Below, piece by piece: positions 8,689-17,836 of a DNA stretch of 64,000 bases; positions within the stretch are counted from its first letter, which is position 1; the number at the start of each line of letters is the position of its first letter. Below the pieces are notes generated by a model. That model was given only the letters and a program-made list of their open reading frames with translations, had not been told where the DNA came from and ran no database searches. A program made the position numbers and the translations under genes. The DNA comes from a virus, in IMG/VR virus record IMGVR_UViG_3300040801_001492, positions 1-64,000 of that record; one strand, 5' to 3'.

Positions 8689-9951
8689 TTAGGATACGCT
8701 GAGAACGGCATCAAAGTTAGTGTTGTCAGTAGTCAGGTCATCATCCAGAGCGATTATCATACGCCATTTAGATATTGGATTGTGTCCTGTAGTAGCAGAT
8801 GCATAATTACTTTCATGACATTCAAATGAATAAATGTCGTAAGTTTCACCGGCCACTGCTTCATCTATCCTTACATTAGGAGGATAAGCACTTACAATAC
8901 GGTCTTTATCTTGGAACTGTGCATAAGACTGCAGATAACGTATCTGGTCTTCAAGTCCTGATCCAAGAACAGGTGTTGTTGAATAAGTTACTTCTGCTGT
9001 ATTGAAATCATCAGAAGCTACATCAAACATAACCTGGAATACACTATCGGTAGCACCAACGAAGTCTCCTTCATCAGGTGTATTACCATCCATACGTACT
9101 CCCCAATTAGCAGCTAAACCAGTAGCAGAAGTAATAACTTCAGCCATATCACCAGCAGCGGTATAACTACCAGAGGCTACATTAATTGGCCTATCTACAG
9201 TTACTGTAAGAGTATCTATAGCAGTTACTTTATATACAGCACTGGTAAGTGAAGTAGCAGCGGCTGTTTTAGCTGTACCACCTAGCCTTACATAATCACC
9301 TACTGCAAGAGTTCCAGCAGCCGTGTTATACTGAAGGTTAGTACCTACAGTAAAGGTTTTAGCACCGTTAGTAATAGTTGCGTTGTTATCAAAGCAGTTA
9401 GCTGCAGTTACTGCAACATTACATACAGCATCAAAAATGACATCCCTATTCATCCTACCACGCCTAAAAGCTTTATCACCAGCAAGTGTAAGACCTAATG
9501 CAAGGTCTTCCTGGCTTGAACTAGATGCGGTTTTGTAAGGAATAGTTCTAATCAGAGGACTGTTATTCAGCGTACCAGCGGTATGCTTAAGAATAACTTT
9601 CAGTCCAAAATAGGTAGAATCGCTATCATCCATTGAACCGGATGTACCGTTATACCCAAGATAAGTTATTTGTTCTGTCCTTGCAAAGTCGGCAAGAAAA
9701 GTCTCGTTAAAGACATCTCCACCATCAAACAAAGGACTTTTATGTAACGAACCGTCAGCATCTCTCCATGCAAAAACATATTTACTGCCTGCAGCAAGAG
9801 CTGTGTCTTCTTCATAACCAAAGCCTCCTATAGCGTCCTGCTCAAGGAAAAACCCACCTGAACCATCAGGGAGATCACCTATCGCATCACCATCAGAGAG
9901 ACCATTAGCTATTGTAAGTACGGCTACATAAGTTACGGAATCTTCAAACAT
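8689..9951 (-). CDS. Putative auxiliary capsid / structural protein (crAss gene-73-like position)
   Basis: 420 aa, acidic and beta-rich; downstream of the MCP block and followed by a terminator; assigned by synteny. Confidence 0.55.
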   Translation of the reverse strand: MFEDSVTYVAVLTIANGLSDGDAIGDLPDGSGGFFLEQDAIGGFGYEEDTALAAGSKYVFAWRDADGSLHKSPLFDGGDVFNETFLADFARTEQITYLGYNGTSGSMDDSDSTYFGLKVILKHTAGTLNNSPLIRTIPYKTASSSSQEDLALGLTLAGDKAFRRGRMNRDVIFDAVCNVAVTAANCFDNNATITNGAKTFTVGTNLQYNTAAGTLAVGDYVRLGGTAKTAAATSLTSAVYKVTAIDTLTVTVDRPINVASGSYTAAGDMAEVITSATGLAANWGVRMDGNTPDEGDFVGATDSVFQVMFDVASDDFNTAEVTYSTTPVLGSGLEDQIRYLQSYAQFQDKDRIVSAYPPNVRIDEAVAGETYDIYSFECHESNYASATTGHNPISKWRMIIALDDDLTTDNTNFDAVLSVS

Positions 9952-9991
9952 AATTTTCTAAGTATTTAATTTAACAATATTTTATTTCTTT

Positions 9992-10927
9992 TTATCTACG
10001 CTCCTGTATAACAGTTACGTAATCAACTAACAAGCTTTCAGCATTAGTATCACCGGCTTTAACACCTATGACAATATGCATTTCTTCAAGCCCTGATATG
10101 GTAATGTTATGAGCATCACCAGCTACTCCATTAAGATAAGGTGTAATTATGCCAGTTGTACCGTCATTATAATCATACATGAAAGCAAGATTATAAGTAG
10201 TACCACTAACAAAATCTCCTAAATCATCGTTAGTTACTTGAGTAGCAGCATTCGATGTTTCAAACTGAATACTCATATCGCCATCTTCTTTGAAAAAGAC
10301 AGCACCATCATAGCTAGCTGCGGGGCCGTCTCCATCATCTTGAAGAAAATTAGCAGCAGCATTATCGGATAGACCGATTACCCAGTTAGCATCATCTGTA
10401 TTAGCTTCAGTAAGCTTTATACGACATTTGAACAGAAGTTTTTTGTCTGTATCAAATTTAAAAGCTTCAGTAGCAGAAGACAGGTAAGTTTCGTTATTAT
10501 CAGTATTAGTAGCATTCACTTCAAGCCATCCGCCTAGACCATCTTCAACACCTGTAGTTCCTATGGCATCAGTAACAACTGCATAACCCATAGACCCGTT
10601 AGCTATATCATCAATAGCAGGAGTGATAAAGTCATCCATAAAGATTATCCAGTCTGAAGGATCAACACCGTTCCAAACAGGAAAACCAGAGGCTGCCGAT
10701 AAATTACTTACCATAGCACCGTCTTTAAAGGTAACACTTTCTATCGTTACTCCGCTATTTTCAGTTGCTTCAGTAATAGTATCTACATTAAGATCATTCT
10801 CATCTGTAAATCTATGATTAATGAAGTCAGCAATAGCATTAGCCCAGTCTGCTATACGTGGTTTACTAGCCGCATGATACTTGGCAAAATTCAAGTCAGG
10901 GACTATTTTAAATATACTCATTTGCAA
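9992..10927 (-). CDS. Putative head fibre / decoration protein with lectin-like C-terminal domain
   Basis: N-terminal motif shared with 3284..3577; VDTITEATENSGVTIE shared with the long fibre; F.DDF...VDYV beta-sandwich pattern. Confidence 0.55.
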   Translation of the reverse strand: MQMSIFKIVPDLNFAKYHAASKPRIADWANAIADFINHRFTDENDLNVDTITEATENSGVTIESVTFKDGAMVSNLSAASGFPVWNGVDPSDWIIFMDDFITPAIDDIANGSMGYAVVTDAIGTTGVEDGLGGWLEVNATNTDNNETYLSSATEAFKFDTDKKLLFKCRIKLTEANTDDANWVIGLSDNAAANFLQDDGDGPAASYDGAVFFKEDGDMSIQFETSNAATQVTNDDLGDFVSGTTYNLAFMYDYNDGTTGIITPYLNGVAGDAHNITISGLEEMHIVIGVKAGDTNAESLLVDYVTVIQERR

Positions 10928-10939
10928 TTTTATTTTTAA

Positions 10940-11632
10940 TTAATAATTCAATCTTTGATCATCAGTTACAGTAAGCTGAAACCCATTAGGGTCTAGAACA
11001 GACATATGTGCTAACACTACTGCTTCTTTAACTATCTCACTCTGTACTCCTTCGTTGAGTACACAGTCAGAACCGCTTGCTATAGAATAAGTATCAGGAT
11101 GCTTAACACCAACAAACTTATAGGCTGTGGGCTCTTTACCGTCAGTAATAAACACAGGTCGGTGTGTATTATCATTATCCTCATCTAATACTGAGATAAC
11201 CCAAAACCCTTCTTCAACTGAAGGAGAAGTAAAAGGATTATCTAGGTTTTTTTGATAAAAATGGAAGCTTTTCCTTAGCAATGGTATACGTGAATAATTA
11301 GCTGTAGTAACATATTCATCTAATATCCAAAAATACTCATCATCAATCTGGCTGCTGCCAGTATCTAAAGTAAAAGCAGCTGTACCATCGCTATTTAAAA
11401 AATAACTATCGGTAGTAATAGTAGTTTCCGACTCTGATTCAATCAAAGGAGCAATAGCCGTCATACTGAGTATTCCTTTCTCAAGACCTTCCTCTAGTAT
11501 CTTACGTACTATACGCCTTTGTGCTACGGTAAATAAACTACCCCACTCTGTGTCTAAAAAACCTGGAGCATCGGAACTATTAATACTTTCATAAAGTATC
11601 TCAGCCTCTGCTCTCATCTGAGCAAACGTCAT
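10940..11632 (-). CDS. Putative tail tubular / ring protein (crAss gene-74-like)
   Basis: SSDAPGF..TE.....TVAQ N-terminus and CVLNE....EIVKEAV C-terminus resemble crAss ring proteins; synteny. Confidence 0.6.
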   Translation of the reverse strand: MTFAQMRAEAEILYESINSSDAPGFLDTEWGSLFTVAQRRIVRKILEEGLEKGILSMTAIAPLIESESETTITTDSYFLNSDGTAAFTLDTGSSQIDDEYFWILDEYVTTANYSRIPLLRKSFHFYQKNLDNPFTSPSVEEGFWVISVLDEDNDNTHRPVFITDGKEPTAYKFVGVKHPDTYSIASGSDCVLNEGVQSEIVKEAVVLAHMSVLDPNGFQLTVTDDQRLNY

Positions 11633-12516
11633 TATTTAATGTCTTTAGCTTGTGCAACTAATTTTAAATATATATCTTCTTTTGTCTTCTCTGCTCCAGC
11701 AAGATAATTAACAAGTTCTTTATATGAATATGATACATTTTCACCTACCACCATATATTTGTTACGTGCTTCTTTAATTATCGAACCTGCTCTTATAGAA
11801 GAGTTAATAAGTGTTTTTATCTTCGAAGCAGGATCATTTACTATCTTAATAAATAAATCTGTTTCATCCTTAACTACTTTATTAACTTCTTTCTGCAGAA
11901 ACTCTAATGATGCATCTTCAGGAACAAATTTCATCTCGTTCTTCTCTAAGAAGTAAACACCTAAGATGTTTTTAAGCTTAGGAATAGAGTTTCTTATTTC
12001 ACCATACTTAGTATAAGCTTCAGCCATCTTAGCACCAGCATCCAGCTCCTGTGCTTCTTCATAGCCTTCATCAACAAGAGCAAACTTATATTCACCCTTA
12101 TTAAATCTATCTTCCCAACTAGGAGCAACAAAGGCTTGCATCTTAGTTACTCTATAACGAAGGTTATCCATTGGGTCTGATAAATCAAACTTATATCCTT
12201 CATGCATCAAATTATAATCTTTGATAACCTTAACAAAAAAGGTATGCCAAAAATTATCTTTCTTTTTGTGGATACTTAAATCTATATCCAACTCTTTTTC
12301 AAAAAACTGTTTTTCTTCATCACCTAAAGGAAATGGATTAGCATATCCGCCACGCTCAGCCTTAGGCAGCTGAAACCAGTTTTTGGCTCCCTCAATCTGA
12401 AAATATGCTACGTGTTCTGGACTCTTTACTAATTTACCTCCTCTTGGTACTGGTTTTAAAAATACTTTTTTCTTCTGTAAATAGCCTTTATCAAAGGCTT
12501 CTCCTACTGTTGTCAT
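11632..12516 (-). CDS. Conserved crAss-like protein downstream of MCP (gene-75-like)
   Basis: DNFW...FDLSDPMD..RY...APSW pattern; synteny. Confidence 0.6.
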   Translation of the reverse strand: MTTVGEAFDKGYLQKKKVFLKPVPRGGKLVKSPEHVAYFQIEGAKNWFQLPKAERGGYANPFPLGDEEKQFFEKELDIDLSIHKKKDNFWHTFFVKVIKDYNLMHEGYKFDLSDPMDNLRYRVTKMQAFVAPSWEDRFNKGEYKFALVDEGYEEAQELDAGAKMAEAYTKYGEIRNSIPKLKNILGVYFLEKNEMKFVPEDASLEFLQKEVNKVVKDETDLFIKIVNDPASKIKTLINSSIRAGSIIKEARNKYMVVGENVSYSYKELVNYLAGAEKTKEDIYLKLVAQAKDIK

Positions 12517-12534
12517 ACTGTTATTTATTTAATA

Positions 12535-12564
12535 AAAAATAATGGGGGAGGGATGCTCCCCCAT
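12535..12564 (-). terminator. Intrinsic terminator after the major capsid gene
   Basis: Minus strand reads ATGGGGGAG-CATCC-CTCCCCCAT-TATTTTTT. Confidence 0.85.
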
Positions 12565-12572
12565 AATTATAA

Positions 12573-14066
12573 TTACGCTCTAAGAATAGAAGGAATTACC
12601 CTAGCAGTCTTCTTCATATTGGTAATTTTTATACCACCAATATATGCTTTATAGACAGAATAACCGTCTACTGAAGTAGCCATCATCCTAGGATCAGTCC
12701 TCTTATTATATGGAGAGAAAGGGTCTCTTAATCCAGGCATATAACCGAAGAACTCTTCTTCATCCTTCACACTAACCCTAACAATGTTAGATTCACCATT
12801 AGTAGTACCTACATCGAATATATCATAGATATATGAACTTGCAAGTCCACCATCAGGGTGAGTAAGTGTATTAGGATAACCATCTTTCATAGGATCAATA
12901 GTCAGCTTAAACTTAATACCGTTTACACTAACATAATTGAGGAATTGTCCTTCATCAAGAGTAAGTTTACCGTCCATAGTTTTGATGTTAACATCACTCT
13001 GCAGATAAGTAAAGCCAGAAGCTTTATTTACTGCATCCTTATGGAATTGGTATGCACCATATTCTCCTGTTGAGAGTACAAATTCACGCCTATCTTCGGG
13101 TATCTTGCCATAAGACATATCCATAGCGAAATCAGTCAGCATATCCAATGAGAATGAGCTGTAAGAAAGTATATTACCATATTCCATCTGATCATAAAGA
13201 CCAAAACCTGAACGTATAACATTACCTGATTCACCTGTATGTCCATAAGTACCATTGTCAAGCTTGTTAGACTTACCATAAACAAGAAGTCTAGCTTTAT
13301 CTCTTTCGAACTGTACGAAGAAGTCCCATCCCAGTTTATCTATCCAGCGGGTCTGCATCTTACCATCTTGGTCAACAAAAGCATAAGCAAGAGGCTTATT
13401 TTTACCTTTGCTAATCATGTTACCAGGAACATCATAATTCTTACGAATCATTGAACAGACATTCTCTAATTGATAAGGAGCAGTATGGTGAACACCAGTA
13501 CCTCTCTTGGAGAGTTCTTGTTCAACCATACCAAACATCTCTGAGAACAATATACCTGCAGCCAATTCTTCAGCAGGTACCCAGAGGGTATCATCACTGG
13601 TAAAGTTTTGTACTTTATATCTCCACAGGTTACCTACCTGTACAGGGTCTTCAACAACCCTAAACTGATAAACTTCGGGTTTTCTTCCTACAATATGTGA
13701 TGTAGCTTCAAAATACCTTTCGTTGAACCACAGGTAAAAATGACCACGGTTAAGTCCGGCTTGATCAGCATCTTCTACTGTATCTGTTTTAGTAGTAGAA
13801 GTAGAAGCAGCTACCAATGGTATACTACGTTCATCTGATCCTTGTAAGAACCATCTGTAAGGAACATCATCATTAATATACTCAACAGGAAGCTTATTAA
13901 CCATAGAAACTATGTTATCACTTCCAATATTGAGATCATATAAACGATACATAACCTTACTGATTACTTCAGGCTCTTGCATACCAAGCCATCCTAGGTG
14001 GGATTCTCTTGTGAGTCCACTCCAGTGTTTTTGATCTACAATCTGAAGGTCACTAATTTTATTCAT
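12573..14066 (-). CDS. Major capsid protein (crAss-like)
   Basis: 497 aa; WSGLTRESHLG N-terminus, VEQELS, TGEYGAYQFH and GLRDPF motifs recalled from crAss MCPs; synteny with portal. Confidence 0.88.
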   Translation of the reverse strand: MNKISDLQIVDQKHWSGLTRESHLGWLGMQEPEVISKVMYRLYDLNIGSDNIVSMVNKLPVEYINDDVPYRWFLQGSDERSIPLVAASTSTTKTDTVEDADQAGLNRGHFYLWFNERYFEATSHIVGRKPEVYQFRVVEDPVQVGNLWRYKVQNFTSDDTLWVPAEELAAGILFSEMFGMVEQELSKRGTGVHHTAPYQLENVCSMIRKNYDVPGNMISKGKNKPLAYAFVDQDGKMQTRWIDKLGWDFFVQFERDKARLLVYGKSNKLDNGTYGHTGESGNVIRSGFGLYDQMEYGNILSYSSFSLDMLTDFAMDMSYGKIPEDRREFVLSTGEYGAYQFHKDAVNKASGFTYLQSDVNIKTMDGKLTLDEGQFLNYVSVNGIKFKLTIDPMKDGYPNTLTHPDGGLASSYIYDIFDVGTTNGESNIVRVSVKDEEEFFGYMPGLRDPFSPYNKRTDPRMMATSVDGYSVYKAYIGGIKITNMKKTARVIPSILRA

Positions 14067-14099
14067 TAATATTTAAATTTAAAAAAGGTTTATATCTTG

Positions 14100-15362
14100 T
14101 TATTTCAAAATAGATTGAGTTGAATCAATTATTTTTCTTATGTTTTTTTCGTTATAACTGTCATTAGCTACAACTGAACGCCCTGATTGAGAGCCTGTAT
14201 TTTTCTTTTTACTGAGGTAGTTCTGTAGTTCGGAAGCTTTCTTAGTGTTTATAACTTTCTCTATCTTACTCCAAGGCTTATCCTTATCGAAGAATCCTGT
14301 TTCATATAAATAAGCTACCTTAGCATCAAAAGAGATGGGGTCTTCCGATCTCTTAGCCCATATAGCATTTGTTGTTCTGCCATCTTGAAGCTTAACAGGC
14401 TTAGTAATAAGATTATACATCTTTTCCTTAGTCTGCTTATTAATACGCTGCTCTGGTATAATCTCAGACAGAGCATTAATATGATCTTTCAGTACCTCAA
14501 GTTGGCGTTGTCTTTCTTGCTCACCAAGCTCACGTTGGCGTTGTGCTTCCTGCTTTTGAGTTTCTATCTGCTCAGTAATAAGAGATTTAATATTTTTTAA
14601 TGCATCCTTAGATTCATTAATATCATCCCCCATATCTACTGCATTCTGCACCAGCTTATCTATCTTAGCATCTGAAAAACGAGTGGTAAGCTTATAATAA
14701 TCTGTAAGAACAGATTTTCTTAGCTCATCATTAGTCTCGCTATCTAAATCTTCTTCGGCTATATTGCTAAACTTATCATTCAATCCTGATAAGGAAGCTG
14801 CTGCATCATCGGATACGCCCTGTCCTATCATCTCTAGATAGTGTTTGTACCCTTCATCGAGATCGGTCTTAGCTGCTTCTATACTTTCATTAACCTCACC
14901 TTCTATGAGACTATGAAAAGCTTCAGCTTCGCCTTTCTCTTCAATAATCTGCTGATATTTTTCTTCATCAAAATCAGATAGTATACCCCGCTCCATCAAA
15001 TCCCTAGCAAAAATAACAGTAAAAGGAGCATCAGAAGAAGACTTTTTTGTTTCGTCAGGAGCGGGGTCGCTATCTAAATCTTTATTATCGTCCTTGTCTT
15101 CATCATCGTCATCCTCGTCATCTTCATCATCACCGCCCGACTCTAGTTCGGACTTTGCCAGTACTTGATTAATATCACTCAGATCATTGTCTGTATCTTT
15201 ATTGTCTTTGTTCTTATCTGTTGAATCTTCTTCTTCATCATCAACAGTATTTTCTTCTTCATCTTCTATTGCAGGAGTTTGTTCCAACATATCGTTAATA
15301 TCAAAAGTATCTCCGAAATCTGCAACTTCTCCAAAATCTGCATTCAATCCTTTTTTGCTCAT
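14100..15362 (-). CDS. Acidic scaffold-like protein
   Basis: D/E-rich N-terminus and coiled coil; sits between portal and MCP. Confidence 0.65.
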   Translation of the reverse strand: MSKKGLNADFGEVADFGDTFDINDMLEQTPAIEDEEENTVDDEEEDSTDKNKDNKDTDNDLSDINQVLAKSELESGGDDEDDEDDDDEDKDDNKDLDSDPAPDETKKSSSDAPFTVIFARDLMERGILSDFDEEKYQQIIEEKGEAEAFHSLIEGEVNESIEAAKTDLDEGYKHYLEMIGQGVSDDAAASLSGLNDKFSNIAEEDLDSETNDELRKSVLTDYYKLTTRFSDAKIDKLVQNAVDMGDDINESKDALKNIKSLITEQIETQKQEAQRQRELGEQERQRQLEVLKDHINALSEIIPEQRINKQTKEKMYNLITKPVKLQDGRTTNAIWAKRSEDPISFDAKVAYLYETGFFDKDKPWSKIEKVINTKKASELQNYLSKKKNTGSQSGRSVVANDSYNEKNIRKIIDSTQSILK

Positions 15363-15379
15363 TTTTATGCTAGTTTATA

Positions 15380-15411
15380 CAAAAGTAATTATTATTATTT
15401 CAATATACAAA
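15380..15411 (-). promoter_or_regulatory. Bacteroidota sigma-A-type promoter for the scaffold/MCP operon
   Basis: TTTG-N20-TACTTTTG on the minus strand. Confidence 0.8.
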
Positions 15412-15448
15412 TCCTTAAACTAATTTAGTAGTTCTGGTATAACGAAAA

Positions 15449-17806
15449 CTAGGTTTTCTTTACCGCCGTTTTACGCTTTATACTCAGTTCTTTCTCTTTA
15501 AGGTCTTCTAATTTTTTATTTTTACGTATAGTTTCTTCAAGTTTATCACGCTCTAAAGCAATCTTCTCATCATTATCTTCTTCTGGTTCTTCTTGATTTT
15601 GACGCATACGTTCTATTTCAAGATCAGTCTGACTATCCAAATCAGCTTTATACTTCTCCATCTCAAGCTTACGATTCTCAAGGTCAGCCTGTGCAGCTGT
15701 TGCTTCTCTCTGTGCCTGTACAGCTTGTTCTTGCGACCTCATCTGCTCTTCACGAACCTGCTCTTCAAAAGCTTCAAACTTACGCTGCAGAGTAGCTACA
15801 TCTTGAGCACGGTACAGTTCCATTATCATTGAGAATGAACCACCATTCTGCATGAAAGGTTGTGCTAAAGTCTTTAGTGTCTGTAGCATCTCCCTATCAT
15901 TAACTGAATTAGTAGTAAAAATACCATATTCACTTTCAGCAAATATATCACCATCAAAATCTAGTATCTGTTGACTACCATCATCAAGAATAAATTGACG
16001 CTTAAACTTCTGATCTCTCCAAGCAACCTTAGCCGTTTCAAGGTAAGCAGTTAAAGCACGTACTCTAAAGTTATCATGGATTGAGAAGTACTTGGCTGTA
16101 TTAAGACTGGACTGTTTAACAGAACGCTCAACACCACCTACAGTCTCACGTGATTCAATAGCACCTTTTCGCTGAGGTGTTATACCTGTACTATCAGCTA
16201 ACCTATTCTCAAGAAACTGTAATATAGCTAATAGGTTTTGTATAATCTGTGGGTCACCGAACTCATAACTACCACTATTCTGGTTCATATTACCAGCCAA
16301 TTTACCCATAGCTGCTCCTTTGCGTCCTTCATTGAAGGGGTCTTCAAAAGCGATCTTCATCTGATCTATATAGAAGAGATACTGATCCATGGTAAAGCTA
16401 TCTGGTATGAGTGCAGTATTTAACCTAGGCACCTTACCTTTATAAGTCTTAAGCTCTTCTATAAGTTTATGCATGAAGTAATTATATGCTAACTGATAAT
16501 CTTTATTTAATCCAACAAAAGAGAGTGCACGTGAGCTATTAACATTTAGTATATTACCTACTATACCAGGTGAACACTTAGAAGGATTATCTAATGACCT
16601 GAACTGTACAGGACGTGGCCCCATACGTACAAAAATATCATCACCTAACTTGGTACCTTCGTACCATTCGCTAATCCATATCCATTCAACTTGATCTTTC
16701 TCTTCATCAGTAAGGGGATACTCTTCATCTATATGCTTCTTTTGCATATCACCTTGGTCATCAAAATATGATAATACACCTACCTTACGCATACCTTTCC
16801 ACAAAGCACGCAGCTTACGTATATTACCGAACTCATCAAAACTACCTCCTAAATACGTTGATTGTCTGGCATTAGCTTCAATAACACTACCTATACCTCC
16901 CTGTTGATTAATCCAAGTCTCTAAGTTAAGAGGCTGGTTAATAAGATTATTAGAGAATATACGATTGCTAGCAGATGTATTAAAAGAATAGCCTTCTTCA
17001 AGTTTCTTTATATCACCAGGCTTAAGCTCATCATAATACTCATCTATTGCTTTACCTACAGGTATATAAGATAGTTCAACAATCATATCTGATTCTTCTA
17101 TCTTATATGTTTCAGAACTGCGTATAGCAAATACGTTCAAAGGATTAAGTTTTCTTAATACAGGCTCACCACCTTCTATATCAGCAGCTACCAGTTCTTC
17201 ATCGCCTATAAGCAAATCTTCATAGCAACGACTAAACAACTCTTTCATATCTAACTTATGAAAACCATACTGTAATATCTGTGTAGCCATACGCTCACGT
17301 CTATCACGGTAATTAAATTTCATATACTTAGATTCTTTCTCTATGCGTTTACGTGCATCTTCCTCAGAAAAAGAAGAGGCTAATACTTGATCAATAATAG
17401 ACTGATTAAGCATAGAAGTCATATCTTCTAACTTTTGGTTAAGAAGATCAGGACTGGTCATGGTAACAAGAGGGTTAAATAATGTCTCTCGTTCTTCCCC
17501 AAGCAACACAGCCATAGCTGAATTAATAAGAGGATAATTTTTATAGTCAGCAGAAAATTCGGCTTCTAAATTATATGGATTAATAACACGTTTGACTTCT
17601 TCAGGGTCAACAATATTATTAATAAGATTATAATTGTTTATCTTCTCACGCATGGTAGACCTAAATCCGTTATCTATATCTAGACCAACGAACATATCAC
17701 AGGCTTCAACACAGTCTTTGAAGAATTTCTTACCCTTCTCCGAGCGTGTTCTTTTCTGACGTGGAAAAGACATTATGCCACCTGACATAACTTTACTTGC
17801 ACTCAT
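15449..17806 (-). CDS. Portal protein
   Basis: 785 aa; FPRQK...NYNLINN...KNYPLIN and GITPQRKGAIESRETVGGVERS motifs of crAss portals; adjacent to TerL. Confidence 0.88.
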   Translation of the reverse strand: MSASKVMSGGIMSFPRQKRTRSEKGKKFFKDCVEACDMFVGLDIDNGFRSTMREKINNYNLINNIVDPEEVKRVINPYNLEAEFSADYKNYPLINSAMAVLLGEERETLFNPLVTMTSPDLLNQKLEDMTSMLNQSIIDQVLASSFSEEDARKRIEKESKYMKFNYRDRRERMATQILQYGFHKLDMKELFSRCYEDLLIGDEELVAADIEGGEPVLRKLNPLNVFAIRSSETYKIEESDMIVELSYIPVGKAIDEYYDELKPGDIKKLEEGYSFNTSASNRIFSNNLINQPLNLETWINQQGGIGSVIEANARQSTYLGGSFDEFGNIRKLRALWKGMRKVGVLSYFDDQGDMQKKHIDEEYPLTDEEKDQVEWIWISEWYEGTKLGDDIFVRMGPRPVQFRSLDNPSKCSPGIVGNILNVNSSRALSFVGLNKDYQLAYNYFMHKLIEELKTYKGKVPRLNTALIPDSFTMDQYLFYIDQMKIAFEDPFNEGRKGAAMGKLAGNMNQNSGSYEFGDPQIIQNLLAILQFLENRLADSTGITPQRKGAIESRETVGGVERSVKQSSLNTAKYFSIHDNFRVRALTAYLETAKVAWRDQKFKRQFILDDGSQQILDFDGDIFAESEYGIFTTNSVNDREMLQTLKTLAQPFMQNGGSFSMIMELYRAQDVATLQRKFEAFEEQVREEQMRSQEQAVQAQREATAAQADLENRKLEMEKYKADLDSQTDLEIERMRQNQEEPEEDNDEKIALERDKLEETIRKNKKLEDLKEKELSIKRKTAVKKT

Positions 17807-17836
17807 ATGTTTTTAAATTTTTACAAATATACTATT

